NCBI RefSeq assembly: GCF_006345805.1
Contig: NC_042999.1
Span: 121,706,001-121,770,000 of the forward strand
Direction: 5' to 3'
Length of the DNA stretch: 64,000 nucleotides
From: Octopus sinensis
Lineage: Eukaryota
Positions 52,166 to 64,000 of this stretch are shown here, in pieces (position 1 is the first letter of the stretch; each line of letters opens with the position of its first letter). The position numbers were made by a program, and so were the translations under genes. The notes under the pieces are model-generated. The model ran no database searches. It saw only the letters and a list, made by a program, of their open reading frames with translations, and was not told where the DNA came from.

Positions 52166-53758
52166 CTGAGATGAGTAGTACTTGGAAACTTGAGTTTTCC
52201 TCCAGTCCACTTTCATATCCCATGATTGGGCCCTATGTAGCAGACTACTTGTCCTTTTTTACTTTCATCACTGGCTTTTCTCCTTTTTCATGAACTTGTG
52301 TGTGCATTGTGCTGTGCTGTGTGCATTTGTGTGAGTGTGCATAGGTCACATGAGCTTATGGTGACATATTGCCTACAGTTCAGGGTCAAAACATCTGATG
52401 ATAGTAGAATACCATCTAATGGCATCGATTCTTTCTGGCCAAGGCTCCATTCATTTAGGTGGAGGGGAAAAGAAGCACTTTCTCCTAGGTGTTATCATAA
52501 CAGCCAATTTTCTGTTACTGAACATTTTCGTGATGAAAATACAAAAGAACAAATAGTGCTCCCTTCACTATATATAAGGAGTTCATTTCCCCAAAACCTA
52601 ACAATTAACTCAGGTATACCTAAATATATATTCATGATAACGCCTGCACTTCAAAAGACAGACTTCTCTCCCACATCTCTATGTCTCTCCCTATCTATTT
52701 CCATCTCACGTTTACCTTTTTTTCATTGCACTAACACATATACAAACAACTAGAGTGGACAGTGGCTACTTGATAAAAGGCACCAATCTAAGAGACATGA
52801 CTCAGTCTTGTAGCTTTTAAAGTTTTCTTTATGGATATAGTGGATTCAGACCATCAGTAATGAAGAATCCAAGCTATACTTTTCCATCCACCCATATCTT
52901 GTAATTGCTAATATATTTCTCTGTTATTTTGGAATGTTCTTCAGCATGAAGCCATTCAGTAACATAAATTGACTGTTATGAGGTTAATTTTAAATTATCA
53001 ACATAAATAATGAAACCACTCAATTGCCTAAAATACAGATACCTGTTATTTACTGATTTCTGAAAACTTATTGGACAACTATGGTGTGTGTGTGTGTGAG
53101 TTTATTTGGTTCAGCCTTCAAATCTCAGAAGATGACCTGGTTACCAACTTCATACTTTGTACTCCCTGAGGTGGCATATTTGTGTGCATAAGTAAGTAAT
53201 TAATTATTCATAAACACATTCTAAGTTTATACTGGTAGATGCTTATAAGTTTACCAACATTATTTTCTTTCTAGCATTTGTCCGTATATCACCCAATTAT
53301 CACTTCTCCTTTCTTTGTACGCATCTAGAATATATTTTATCTATTTTGCTGAAACCTAATTTTAAGATTTAAACTATAACAGAAAAATGTCTTAATAAAT
53401 TTTACATTTTATACATTGCAAACAGCAAGAGAGAGGTAACAAACAAATGAATTAATTAAATAAAAATAATACAAATAAAAAAGGAAAAAGAAATAAAAGC
53501 AAATGCTAGTCCTCTTAGAATTGATTATCAAACAATTGCAATGGAATTGCTTAAGTGACCAGATTCCATTTGTGCAACAAAAATGTGATGCATCATGAAG
53601 TAAATTAAAATTTGAGATGAATTCAACAGATTTGTGCATACATCTCTGAAACATATATATATATGCACACACACAAGCATACATATAATATATATATATC
53701 CTCCTCATCATCATTTAATATCCATGTTCTTTGCTGCTAAGAATTTGGCATATGTATG

Positions 53759-53811
<53 letters not shown>

Positions 53812-53815
<4 letters not shown>

Positions 53816-54370
53816 TACAAAAATGGGACAAGAATGCAAAACATCCAGACAGGTGATAAAAAAAAGGGACAACAAAACATCCAGACAGATGATACAAAGA
53901 AAACAAGGATGGGTCATTTGGAGTTTTCTTTCCTCAGTCGAGTTCCAGGTTATCTTTGCAATCTCAGCTGGTTATACTCGAGATTGCTCCAATCTGGCTA
54001 GCTCCCAAGGAAAAACTATGCTAAGAGCATTAGATTCCTTAGAAGAAAGCAGCAAATGTATATGAAAACAAGGACAAGAAAAAGTGGAGAAATGTTACAC
54101 AAATACAAATGCAAATAATAGGGCATAACAGCAAGTGTCTTTCTTCTAAGGACAAATTAAATTAAGCTGGCGTTTGTGGAAGTAAAGCCTTACAGCAAGG
54201 ACATAAGATTTGACAGGTACAGTGAGTAATATAGATGTTGCACAGATGGTAGTCGAACCAAGAAAGCAAGGTCAGGCTTGGCCGGACACTGGTCGCGTGG
54301 GGAGAGAAGAGGTAGAGGGCTAGAAGAATTAAGGAGGCGTGAGAAACAAAATGAAAGGGACAGAGTGAAG
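53812..54370 (-). mobile_element. Dispersed repeat, probably Penelope pseudo-LTR-derived
   Basis: Non-coding complex repeat next to (TA)n; minus strand has a decayed ctgagga-a-aga-aaac-tcc-aaat hammerhead-like string; family recalled from memory. Confidence 0.35.
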
Positions 54371-54385
54371 TGAAAGAGGAGGGTT

Positions 54386-54540
54386 ATTTTAATGAGTTAT
54401 ATCTATTTATCACCTGAGAGACACATCTGCACTATTGGATGTTCTGGAACCAGTTAAGTTTGCCAACCAGTATGGATCAAAACGATTGTAGTGATTAATA
54501 AAAAAATTCCTGTATCTCCCATCTTCCATTTCTCATTTAC
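54386..54540 (+). repeat. Dispersed repeat, copy 1 (copy 2 at 58081-58260)
   Basis: Shared attttaatgagttatatctatttatcacc...gagacacatctgcac...aaaacgattgtagtgattaata. Confidence 0.8.
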
Positions 54541-54559
54541 TATATGTATACATATATAT

Positions 54560-54775
54560 GTGTGTGTCTTTGTGTCAGTGTTTGTCCTCCCGCCACCACT
54601 TGACAACCGATATTGGTATATGTATATCTCTGTAACTTAGCAGTTCAGCAAAAGTGTTCAATAAAATAAGTACCAGGTTTAACAAAAATATTGGGGTTGA
54701 TTCATTCGACTAAAGATTCTTGAAGTTGTTGCCCCAGCATGGCAGCAGTCTAATGATTCAAACAAATAAAAGGTC
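54560..54775 (+). mobile_element. Old SINE 3' half
   Basis: cttgacaaccgat...aacttagcagttcagcaaaag...ccccagcatggcagcagtc. Confidence 0.75.
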
Positions 54776-55899
54776 AAAAACAAGTAAAAAGTCTATATGT
54801 AAGTGTGTGTGTGTGTAGTTTTGTATGTGTGAATGATAAAGAGAAATCTCTTGGTTATATATACACACACACACATATATATATATAAATGAGTTCAGCA
54901 AAAATTTAGATTCAGATGAATATGGTACTTAAGATGAGGCACCAGAATTTAGTATGATATTATCCATACAATTTCAAAGTAAGGTGATTAAAATCAAAAT
55001 AAAGCAACAAGGATATCCAGAAGTAATACAGTACAATCGTTTTATCCAATTCCATTTAATTGAATAATGCAATCATTACATCAATTTAAAATGTAGAGCA
55101 ATTTTCAGCCGCACAAAGACATAAAATTTAATTAAATTGGAACAGGTGGACACATTAGTATAATTATACGTAAAATCTCCAAGAGGTTAAGGAGATAGAT
55201 AAAGACACAAGCTAATTAAGTAAATAAACAATTTTTAATTTTAAATACTTGAATTATTACATATTTTCTATAAATCTTCTCTATTGAAGTTACTAAGTTG
55301 TATATATACTTCATCATGAGTTTAGTGATTAAGCTATTTTATATTCTTTTCTACCCAATAATTTTGATATCTTATAATTACCTTTAGAAAAGCTTAAATT
55401 TTTGTACCTCTATAATTCCATATTTAGCTTATATTAGAAACAATACGGGTATCTTCACAATTTAGAATTAAACTGCCTAAATTATAATTTAACTAATTTG
55501 TTGTATATTTGTTCTCTCACCTAAATAATAAATCTTACTGATAACCCTAAATTTTAACTTTATACAATAATGACATATTGTTTAAAATAGTTTTAGTAAC
55601 TAAGTTTTTTATCCCTTTCTTAAAGTGGTCCATCCTCTTAAGTTTTGTATTTATATTGGCTTTATACAAACAGCCCTTCTAATTAAGTACCCCTTATTAT
55701 CCTTGTTGCTTATTTTGATTATATATATATATATTTATGTATATATATATGCATGTATATATCATCATCATCGTTTAATGCCCACTTTCCATGCTAGCAT
55801 AGGTTGGACAATTTGACTGAGATCTGGTAAACCAGATGGCTGCACCAGACTCCAATCTGATCTGGCAGAGTTTCTACAGCTGGATGCCCTAAATATATA

Positions 55900-55956
<57 letters not shown>

Positions 55957-56369
55957 TTAGATAGATAGATAGATAAATAGATAAATATAGATAGATGTAT
56001 AGATATATACTTACATATGTATGTACAAGTTAGCTTTGTTGGCAAGTGGCTCAATCAGAAATTAAATGTTGAAAATGAAACAATTATATTGTAGGAGAAT
56101 AATTTTAGCCATTTAAGAGCATACAATCCAAAGTAATATCAAGTGTTGAAAAGTTCTATCACAAATCTGTGATATGGTTATTGACATAATTTGGAGCTGA
56201 GAGAGTGATAAGTTTGCAAAAATGTGATAAAACCTTTTGGCCCCTTCCTTGAAAAGAGGATGTAATACTTTTTGTATGTTCATAATTAGCTAGATTTACT
56301 CTCTTCCATAATTTAACTGTCTGTCTATATATATGTATGTGTATGTATATATATATATATATATATATT

Positions 56370-56419
<50 letters not shown>

Positions 56420-56421
56420 TA

Positions 56422-56481
<60 letters not shown>

Positions 56482-56520
56482 TATACATATATATCTATCT
56501 ATTTGTCTCTCTCTATATAT

Positions 56521-56552
<32 letters not shown>

Positions 56553-56587
56553 ATACATATACATCTATATCTATATATATATCTATA

Positions 56588-56619
<32 letters not shown>

Positions 56620-56620
56620 C

Positions 56621-56688
<68 letters not shown>

Positions 56689-56689
<1 letters not shown>

Positions 56690-57886
56690 GTGTCGGTGGC
56701 ACATAAAAACACCATCCAAAGACCCGGCGACGTAGTCAGTCCACCTGTGCATACCTTCCCTCTTATGACACTTGTGAAGACCTGTTGAGGCAGAGGCAAG
56801 TGTGTGACACTTGTGAAGACCTGTTGAGGCAGAGGCAAGTGTGTGACACTTGTGGAGACCTGTTGAGGCAAGTGTGTGACACGCGTGACACTTGTGAAGA
56901 CCTGTTGAGGCAAGTGAAAATCAAACCAAATCAAAATAGATGAACATCAATGGAATTTGTATCTTTGTGGTTCCAGTACCGGTGGCACACAAGGACACGC
57001 GTGACACTTGTGAAGACCTGTTGAGGCAAGTGAAAATCAACCAAATCAAAATAGATGAACATCAATGGAATTTGTATCTTTGTGGTTCCAGTACCGGTGG
57101 CACACAAGAAACCATCCGATCGTGGCCGTTCGCCAGCCACATCTGGCACCTGTGTCGGTGGCACATTAAGACACCATCCGAAGACCCGGCGACGTAGACA
57201 GTCCACCTGTGCATACCTTCCTTCTTGTGACACTTGTGAAGACCTGTTGAGGCAAGTGACACTTGTGAAGACCTGTTGAGGCAAGTGAAAATCAAATCAA
57301 ATCAAAACAAATCAAAATAGATGAGCATAAATGGAATTTGTATCTTTGTGGTACCAGTGCCGGTGGCACACAAGAAAATCATCCGAACGTGGCCGTAGCC
57401 AGTACCGCATAGACTGGCCTCCGTGCTTTGGGGACGTAACAAACACCATCCGATCGTGGCCGTCCGCCAGCCTCATCTGGCACCTGTGTCGGTGGCACAT
57501 AAAAACACCATCCGAGCGTGGCCGTCTGCCAGCCTCGTCTGGCACCTGCCAGCCTCATCTGGCACCTGTGTCGGTGGCACATAAAAACACCATCCGAGCG
57601 TGGCCGTCTGCCAGCCTCGTCTGGCACCTGTGTCGGTGGCACATAAAAACACCATCCGAGCGTGGCCGTTCGCCAGCCTCGTCTGGCACCTGTGTCGGTG
57701 GCACATAAAATCACCCACTACACTCTCGGAGTGGTTGGCGTTAGGAAGGGCATCCAGCTGTAGAAACACTGCCAGATCTGACTGGCCTGGTGCAGCCTTC
57801 GGGCTCCCCAGACCCCAGTTGAACCGTCCAACCCATGCTAGCATGGAAAACGGACGCTAAATGATGATGATGATGATGATGATGAT
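56689..57886 (+). mobile_element. RTE-type 3' region with nested internal duplications, (GAT)n tail
   Basis: Seven copies of tgacacttgtg(a/g)agacctgttgaggca, three of aaatcaaaatagatga, several gtggcacataaaaacaccatcc units. Confidence 0.9.
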
Positions 57887-57897
57887 ATATATATACG

Positions 57898-57942
<45 letters not shown>

Positions 57943-58080
57943 ATTTACTTTTTTTGCAGCATTGTGTGTTCATTTCTTTTTTGTATCATTTTATTATTGA
58001 TCTTCTATGTAAATGAACCAATGTCCTTTAATTTGCTGCTTTCCTTTACATGAAATGAGAAGATACATTGTGGAAGAGTG

Positions 58081-58260
58081 ATTTTAATGAGTTATATCTA
58101 TTTATCACCCACGAGACACATCTGCACCATTGGTTGCTTCTGAACCAGTTGTTAAGTTTGACACTGAGGAGGGATCAATGCTAGATGTGTAGATGTGTCA
58201 AAACGATTGTAGTGATTAATAAGGAAAATTCCCATATCTCACATCCGTTTCTCATTTATC
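58081..58260 (+). repeat. Dispersed repeat, copy 2
   Basis: Direct repeat of 54386-54540 with indels. Confidence 0.8.
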
Positions 58261-58400
58261 ATATATATTTGTATATATGTTTGTATATTCACATATATGT
58301 ATACAAATATATACACACACATACATATATATATATGCATATACACATACATATATGTATACATATATATATATACATATACATATATATATATATATGC

Positions 58401-58447
<47 letters not shown>

Positions 58448-58581
58448 CACACATATATATATATATTTATATCATATATGTGTGTGTGCATTTTTGGTTG
58501 TTTTTTCTTCTTTTGTTCCAGTTTGAGGACTGTGGCCATGCTGGATATATACATATATATATACACACACATACATATAAT

Positions 58582-58618
<37 letters not shown>

Positions 58619-60059
58619 CATATATACATATATATACATACATATATAGACACACACACACATATATGTATGTGTGCATGTCTGTGTGTGCATGGTGTGG
58701 TGTCTATGTGTGTAAATATTCATATTCTATCTTTTTATTCAATTTGCTGGGAGCTACTCAAAACTGGCTTGTGAAATCAATAAACATATATTGGTATATG
58801 ATAAAAATATCTCTTAGGACAATAGGATTTATATCTGTCTTTGATGTCTCATCCTCAGTTTAACAACATTTTTATCTTTTCATTTTATTAGGTAACTAAT
58901 AGTGCAACTATACATACTTAAGAAACATTTTCTTTACCTATTGTTTGTATTTCTATTGTTTCTTTCTGACTGTCATCAAAGTGTGAAGCAGAAAATTTTC
59001 ATCTGTATATTTATACCCTAGAGTAAAAAGAGTTTGAAATTGTTAATCATTCGGGAAATATTTTCAACAAGATATATAACTTGAAAAAGACTTTTATCTT
59101 CCATGAAATTTGAAAGGCTATAGTGTTTGACTGTGTCAAAAAAAAAAAAAAAGTGAATAACAAGTCACTTAGTGTCTTAAAACAAATTGTGCTTTGTAAA
59201 TATTGTTATAGTTTTACTCTTTCAGAATAAAGAATTATTATTGAATCAAAAATAATTTTATTATTCTCATTTATGAAACCTCTTTATATATGCCGAAGGA
59301 ATGCAAGGAAAATTTAGTAAGAAATTCAATGTTTTTTACAGCAAAGGGAAAAGTTTGCCTGAAATAAACACTTTTATATTTTATGACTTTTTGAAATGAT
59401 AGAAACCTGTTCCATGTTAAATTTAAAGATTTGCAAATTGAAATCAAATTATTAACTTTCTGTTTCATCATATATTTGAAGGGTGTCATACATAATGTTC
59501 CAAAAATTGCACTCATGGGATATATTTGTTTTGATTTTGATAATTTACCAGGGGTGCTGAATTTACTAACAGCCAAGTTATATTAAGAAAATGTCATAAG
59601 CTTTCGTCTGTCTTTTATGTCAGTAATTTTGAGACTGTTAAAATGTTAACATTTTGCCTGCTGGTATATTATATTCATTCTTTAGAAACTCTTGCACTTT
59701 TTGTCAACTCTTAGTGGAATGTATTTTGTGTGTGCATTATGTAATGGAATGTGCAAAACTGTACATGTCATTACAACTGACATTAGATAACAATGCACTT
59801 ACAAATAACTTTTAAAATCTCAATAGATTTACAATCTAGGCTGTAATGTGTGGATATTCATTTTATTTTTTTATAAGTTCAAGATTTTCTAGCCATGTAT
59901 GAAAATGGTTTATAGGTCTTATTTTAGAGAATAACAAAAAACACTTGTGCTTATTATATTTTTATGTCTTCTAGCTTAGGAAAGAATATTATTGTAATTA
60001 TATACAAAAATCAAAAGAATTTTCACACAATATAATAAATGAATCCTGCTGATAACACC

Positions 60060-60770
60060 AGGTGTATAGAGAAGGAGAATTCTGGAAGAGTTTTGTTGAA
60101 TGCTTGTAATGTAGAGTTGGAGCTGAAATGTAGAGAAAATCTGATATAGTTAACAGATCCATCTTGGTTGAGGAATGGTGAATAGATGGTTTTGAAAAGC
60201 TAGTAAAGACTTATTTAGCACGAGACAAGAAAATTCTGCTACAATTTGGAGGACAGGAGCACTTGCAGGAATCTCATTTTTTCTCATGTTGTGGTAGTAG
60301 CACTTCAAAGAGTGATTTTAGCTTGTACAGCTGAAGCACATTGGTGAGATTTGGGGGTTGTAGGCTTTATTGTGTGATAAGAACAATGAAATGTATCTAT
60401 AATGATGGTTTTGGTCACAATCTTAGCTACCTCAAATTGGTATGGTGTCGTACAGTAGGGGGATGTCAAGTGCACTGCATTACATAAGCAGTGTTTAGAC
60501 AGTTTCATGTATTCAGAGATGATGATGTTCAGGTAAAGGCTGGGTTTCAAGGTGATAAAGTTGTCTGCAGTGTTTAGTGTGCATATGTATCTATAAAGTG
60601 TATAGGCAGGTTTGATTACAAAGTCAATAAAAGACATAATAGATACATGAGATTGGTGTAGAAGTTCAGAGTCACAAACGATCTGACTCATTTACCAGTA
60701 ATTTCAGTGTAAGTGGAGAGTGAGAGTTATGAATATTGGAGTTATCAAGGATGACTTCAGAAAGTAAGGT
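60060..60770 (-). mobile_element. Very old CR1/L2-type LINE remnant (endonuclease-RT linker)
   Basis: Minus strand gives CPPNCSRIFLSRAK and NQDGSVN...HFSSNSTLQ, resembling the CR1/L2 linker; heavily decayed. Confidence 0.4.
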
Positions 60771-61084
60771 GAGACAAGTCTCAATACAGGACATAAAAAA
60801 ATCAGTTAGTTGATACTGATTGAAAGAATTGGAATATTATTTCTATTCTATTGATGATTGTCATTGATTTTAAACTCTACTTTAGTGGTTTAAATTTGGA
60901 AAAGATTAAATTACATAGTTTTTGTTAAATCAAGAATTATATAACAAATATAATGATATTAATATCAAGAGCGTAAAGTCATTCTTTTGAACTCTTGTCT
61001 AAATTATTTTATTTTACTGTTACAATCATAATTCTAGAATTACACTATAGAAGCAACTCTATTTTTATCTCTGTAACAAAATTT

Positions 61085-61575
61085 ATGTGTGCCATTGAAA
61101 AGCCAGAAGCTGCAGTTTTTTTATCTGGGAAAAAATTCTCTTGTAGATATATTGTGTCAAGAAACACAATATACTTCAGAGCTAGGCAAAGTGAAAACAC
61201 TCCAGAATTGGCTGCAAGAGTGACGGATGCAAATTTTGTTATAATTGTAGCTTGACACTATCGCATACTCATGCCCCTTACAAACCAAGGTAGAATAGGC
61301 CAGTATATAGAGATAGCGTATAAACAATGCACTGACTTATGCAAAGATGCAGCTGGCTGAATAAAGCTCAAATTATGTGGCAGAAGCAGCTCTACAGTAA
61401 AACATCCTTATCTATATGACATACTTTATGTACGTGTACCATTGAAAAGCCAGAAGCTGCAGTTATTGTCTAGGAAAAATCTCTTTATGATATATTGTGT
61501 TAAGAAATACATTATATAGTTCAGAACTAGGTGAAAGGAAATCATCCTGGAAATGAATGCAAGAGTGACAGATGT
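61085..61575 (+). repeat. Diverged ~150-bp direct repeat pair (period ~350 bp)
   Basis: ccattgaaaagccagaagctgcagtt...gatatattgtgt.aagaaa.aca.tata...gcaagagtgac.gatg at ~61090 and ~61439. Confidence 0.8.
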
Positions 61576-62536
61576 ACCTAGATCGGCTTGTATTGCATAA
61601 TTCTAACTATTTGTTGTTATTGCAAGCCAGTATGTTGTTTAGACACTGTCTCTATATACTTCAGACTGACTGATACAAACTTGTTTCAGAAATGACACAA
61701 GTACATGACATTGATAAGCTGCAATTATAACAACATGTGCATTTGTTGCTCTTGTAGATCCTTTGGAGGAATTTTGTTTCACCTAGCACTGAAATATATT
61801 GTTTTTTTTTTAATACAATACATCCATAAAAGGATTTTTCCCAGACGAAATATTACAGAGTTTGACTTTTCAATGATGCACATGCATTAAGTATGTTATA
61901 TAGATAATAATCATAATTCTACTAATAATGTTTTTGCATTAGTATTACAAGTAAAAAATATTCAACCATCATGCTATTATGTATAAAGTAAAAGGCCAAC
62001 ATCAGTCCGGAAATGCTATTTTTCAGTCAATTATTGCATATCATTTATGGGCCTTAAAACATTATTACTAAGACTGTGCAAGGCTACCCACAGAAATGGT
62101 AGTGACGAACTACACACATTCCTTATATATCTTTTCGAAACATTTCCTAACAATGGATCATGGGAATTGTTTTATGATTAGTACAGCTCAGGAATTTATC
62201 TACAAAGGTTCACATTGGATATGAAAAGGGTGTACTTCAAATTATTGTAATTAATGATGTGAGATCATAGTTCTCTTCGATAGCATTTATAGTTCTCTTG
62301 GGAACTCTACTGAAATCATTCCTATTCAATACATAGTGCTTGTCATTTTATAAATTTCATCAAGAAACTTGGTTTGATTGCTGTGTATATAATCATTATG
62401 CCCTTAAGTAATTCCACATCTCTTCAATATACTACACTTAAAACAGATTTGCTAGCCATTAGAAACAACCTCAGCAACTGCGTGATTGACTGCTACCTTT
62501 AACTAAACATTGCTAAATCAGAAATTTTAATTTTAG

Positions 62537-62551
62537 CTGTTATTAAATGTG
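62537..62551 (+). other. Candidate 15-nt symmetric micro-exon (CTGTTATTAAATGTG)
   Basis: ttttaattttag acceptor, G|GTAAGT donor, upstream gctaaat branch-like motif; no transcript support. Confidence 0.25.
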
Positions 62552-64000
62552 GTAAGTTGATTATTAAAACAATCTAATTCATAGCAAAATTACCTATCAA
62601 GAAGCAAACGCCTTTGTGTTATATCACATTAATAAACAATAAATAAATAAACATTTACACTAGACGAATGCTTGAATCATAACCAGCAATCCAACCAGCT
62701 CATCATCCATTATTACTATTCTATACAGAAGCTGAGTAAAATATTTAGGAAATTCCTTAGTGTTAATCTGTCTATAGTTACTATCAATAATTGTTTCCAA
62801 AATTTGACAGTTGTGATTTTCTTCCTTCTTCAGTATTCTATAAATTTCTCAGAGAAAAAGACCCTTCAAAACTATTAGGTTCTTGGCTATATTATACTGG
62901 TTATCAGTTAAAATTCATATACTTCAAAAAAATTTTCTGATGTTTCTAATTTAATTTTTTGACTTCTTTTATGACTTCAAATTCACTCTAAGAATATGGT
63001 TCCACTACTAAAAGATCACAGACTAGACTAAAAGGAGTGTATTTTTCTAATGAAAAAATATTTTCTAAATTTAAGTTGATATACATTTAACATTTTAACA
63101 ATACTATTAAACAAAACTAAGTTATCAAGCTAACAGTACTATTAAACTAAACATTACTATTGAACTAAACTAATCATTGATTGGCAAAAAGATTGATGGC
63201 TGCATAATATAAATGGATAATGTTCATTATCATTAACAGTTATTAATAAAAATATGAGTACTGATTAAATATCTCACCAGACTTAAATGTATATTCTTCA
63301 TTTCAATAATTATTTATCTCTCCATATAGAATATCAAATATATATTCAATAAAAATTAACTTCAATACACATTTTTATAATTTAAAATGTAGCTTATCTT
63401 TGTGCATGATTTACCATTTAATATATAAAATTCATCACAATGCATGATATATTTGGTAATAAGCCAAGGAAAATGAAAACTTTTTGAAAATTTGTACTTT
63501 AATTCAATGTAGTTGCTCCATGAAATATATCAAGTTCATAATATATTAATTTAATACAAGAATCTTTAGCAGTTTCTCATAAACTAATAAGTGAATACCT
63601 ATCACACGCACACACACACACAGACGTTAGTGCATGTGTGTATGAGAGCATGTATGTGTATGCATGCATTGCAGCAGAATGACAAATGTGGATGAGATCT
63701 ATAAGCATAGAGATTCACCATATTGATGAAAAGAAGTGCTTAGCTATGGCAGGAGAGTTATGAAGCTAATGCACATAAACAGCATGCAAGATAATTGGAT
63801 AAAGAAATCTATTGTGGATTCTATTATGAAAAGCAGAACCAGCCAGGCTAAAATTCCTGCTGAGAGCAGTGTATGATTTACTTCAGTCCCTGGCCAATAA
63901 TAGACAGCAGGTTTGTAGCAACACTGCTGAATGTCATCAGTGTGAAAATTATTTATCCTTAGAAAATGTTTTAGTGGCATGTTAGTCATCTCCTTCAAAC

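Noticed and set aside
52298-52753. 151-aa + strand ORF
   Set aside because: No homology; the opposite strand resembles a decayed CR1/L2 RT C-terminus (SMPLDGILLSSDVL).
58860-58886. Second possible recursive site (cattttattag|gtaact)
   Set aside because: Interrupted pyrimidine tract, weak regenerated donor, and no downstream cryptic donor.
63744-63998. Hydrophobic minus-strand ORF at the window end
   Set aside because: No homology or splice support; the + strand looks like a decayed RTE-like remnant.

Overview
AT-rich, microsatellite-dense eukaryotic DNA with no recognisable host protein-coding exon. The tRNA-derived SINE families, RTE 3' ends with (GAT)n tails and (TA)n/(CA)n load look like an octopus (coleoid cephalopod) genome; this is recognition from memory, not a database hit. 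The window is most likely part of a very large intron or an intergenic stretch. Every ORF with recognisable homology is transposon-derived: a 3.8-kb 5'-truncated CR1/L2-type LINE (39704-43506, minus; CCCH-finger ORF1, APE endonuclease and RT with four lesions) and two identical 3' fragments of it, RTE and RTE-BovB fragments, a decayed mariner with TIRs and TA TSD, an R4/Dong-like relic, Penelope-like (GIY-YIG) relics, several MITEs and many SINEs. The signals most worth following up are: (1) minimal hammerhead-ribozyme-like motifs linked to Penelope relics and to two long palindromes, including a candidate with the compensatory U3:A8 core; (2) a candidate recursive splice site with a downstream 47-nt cryptic exon at 327-399; (3) a covarying 3' stem-loop shared by the LINE and SINE tails; (4) a hairpin-unit tandem array in RTE 3' UTRs; (5) an isolated identical 30-mer present twice, 46 kb apart. 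None of these could be tested computationally here.
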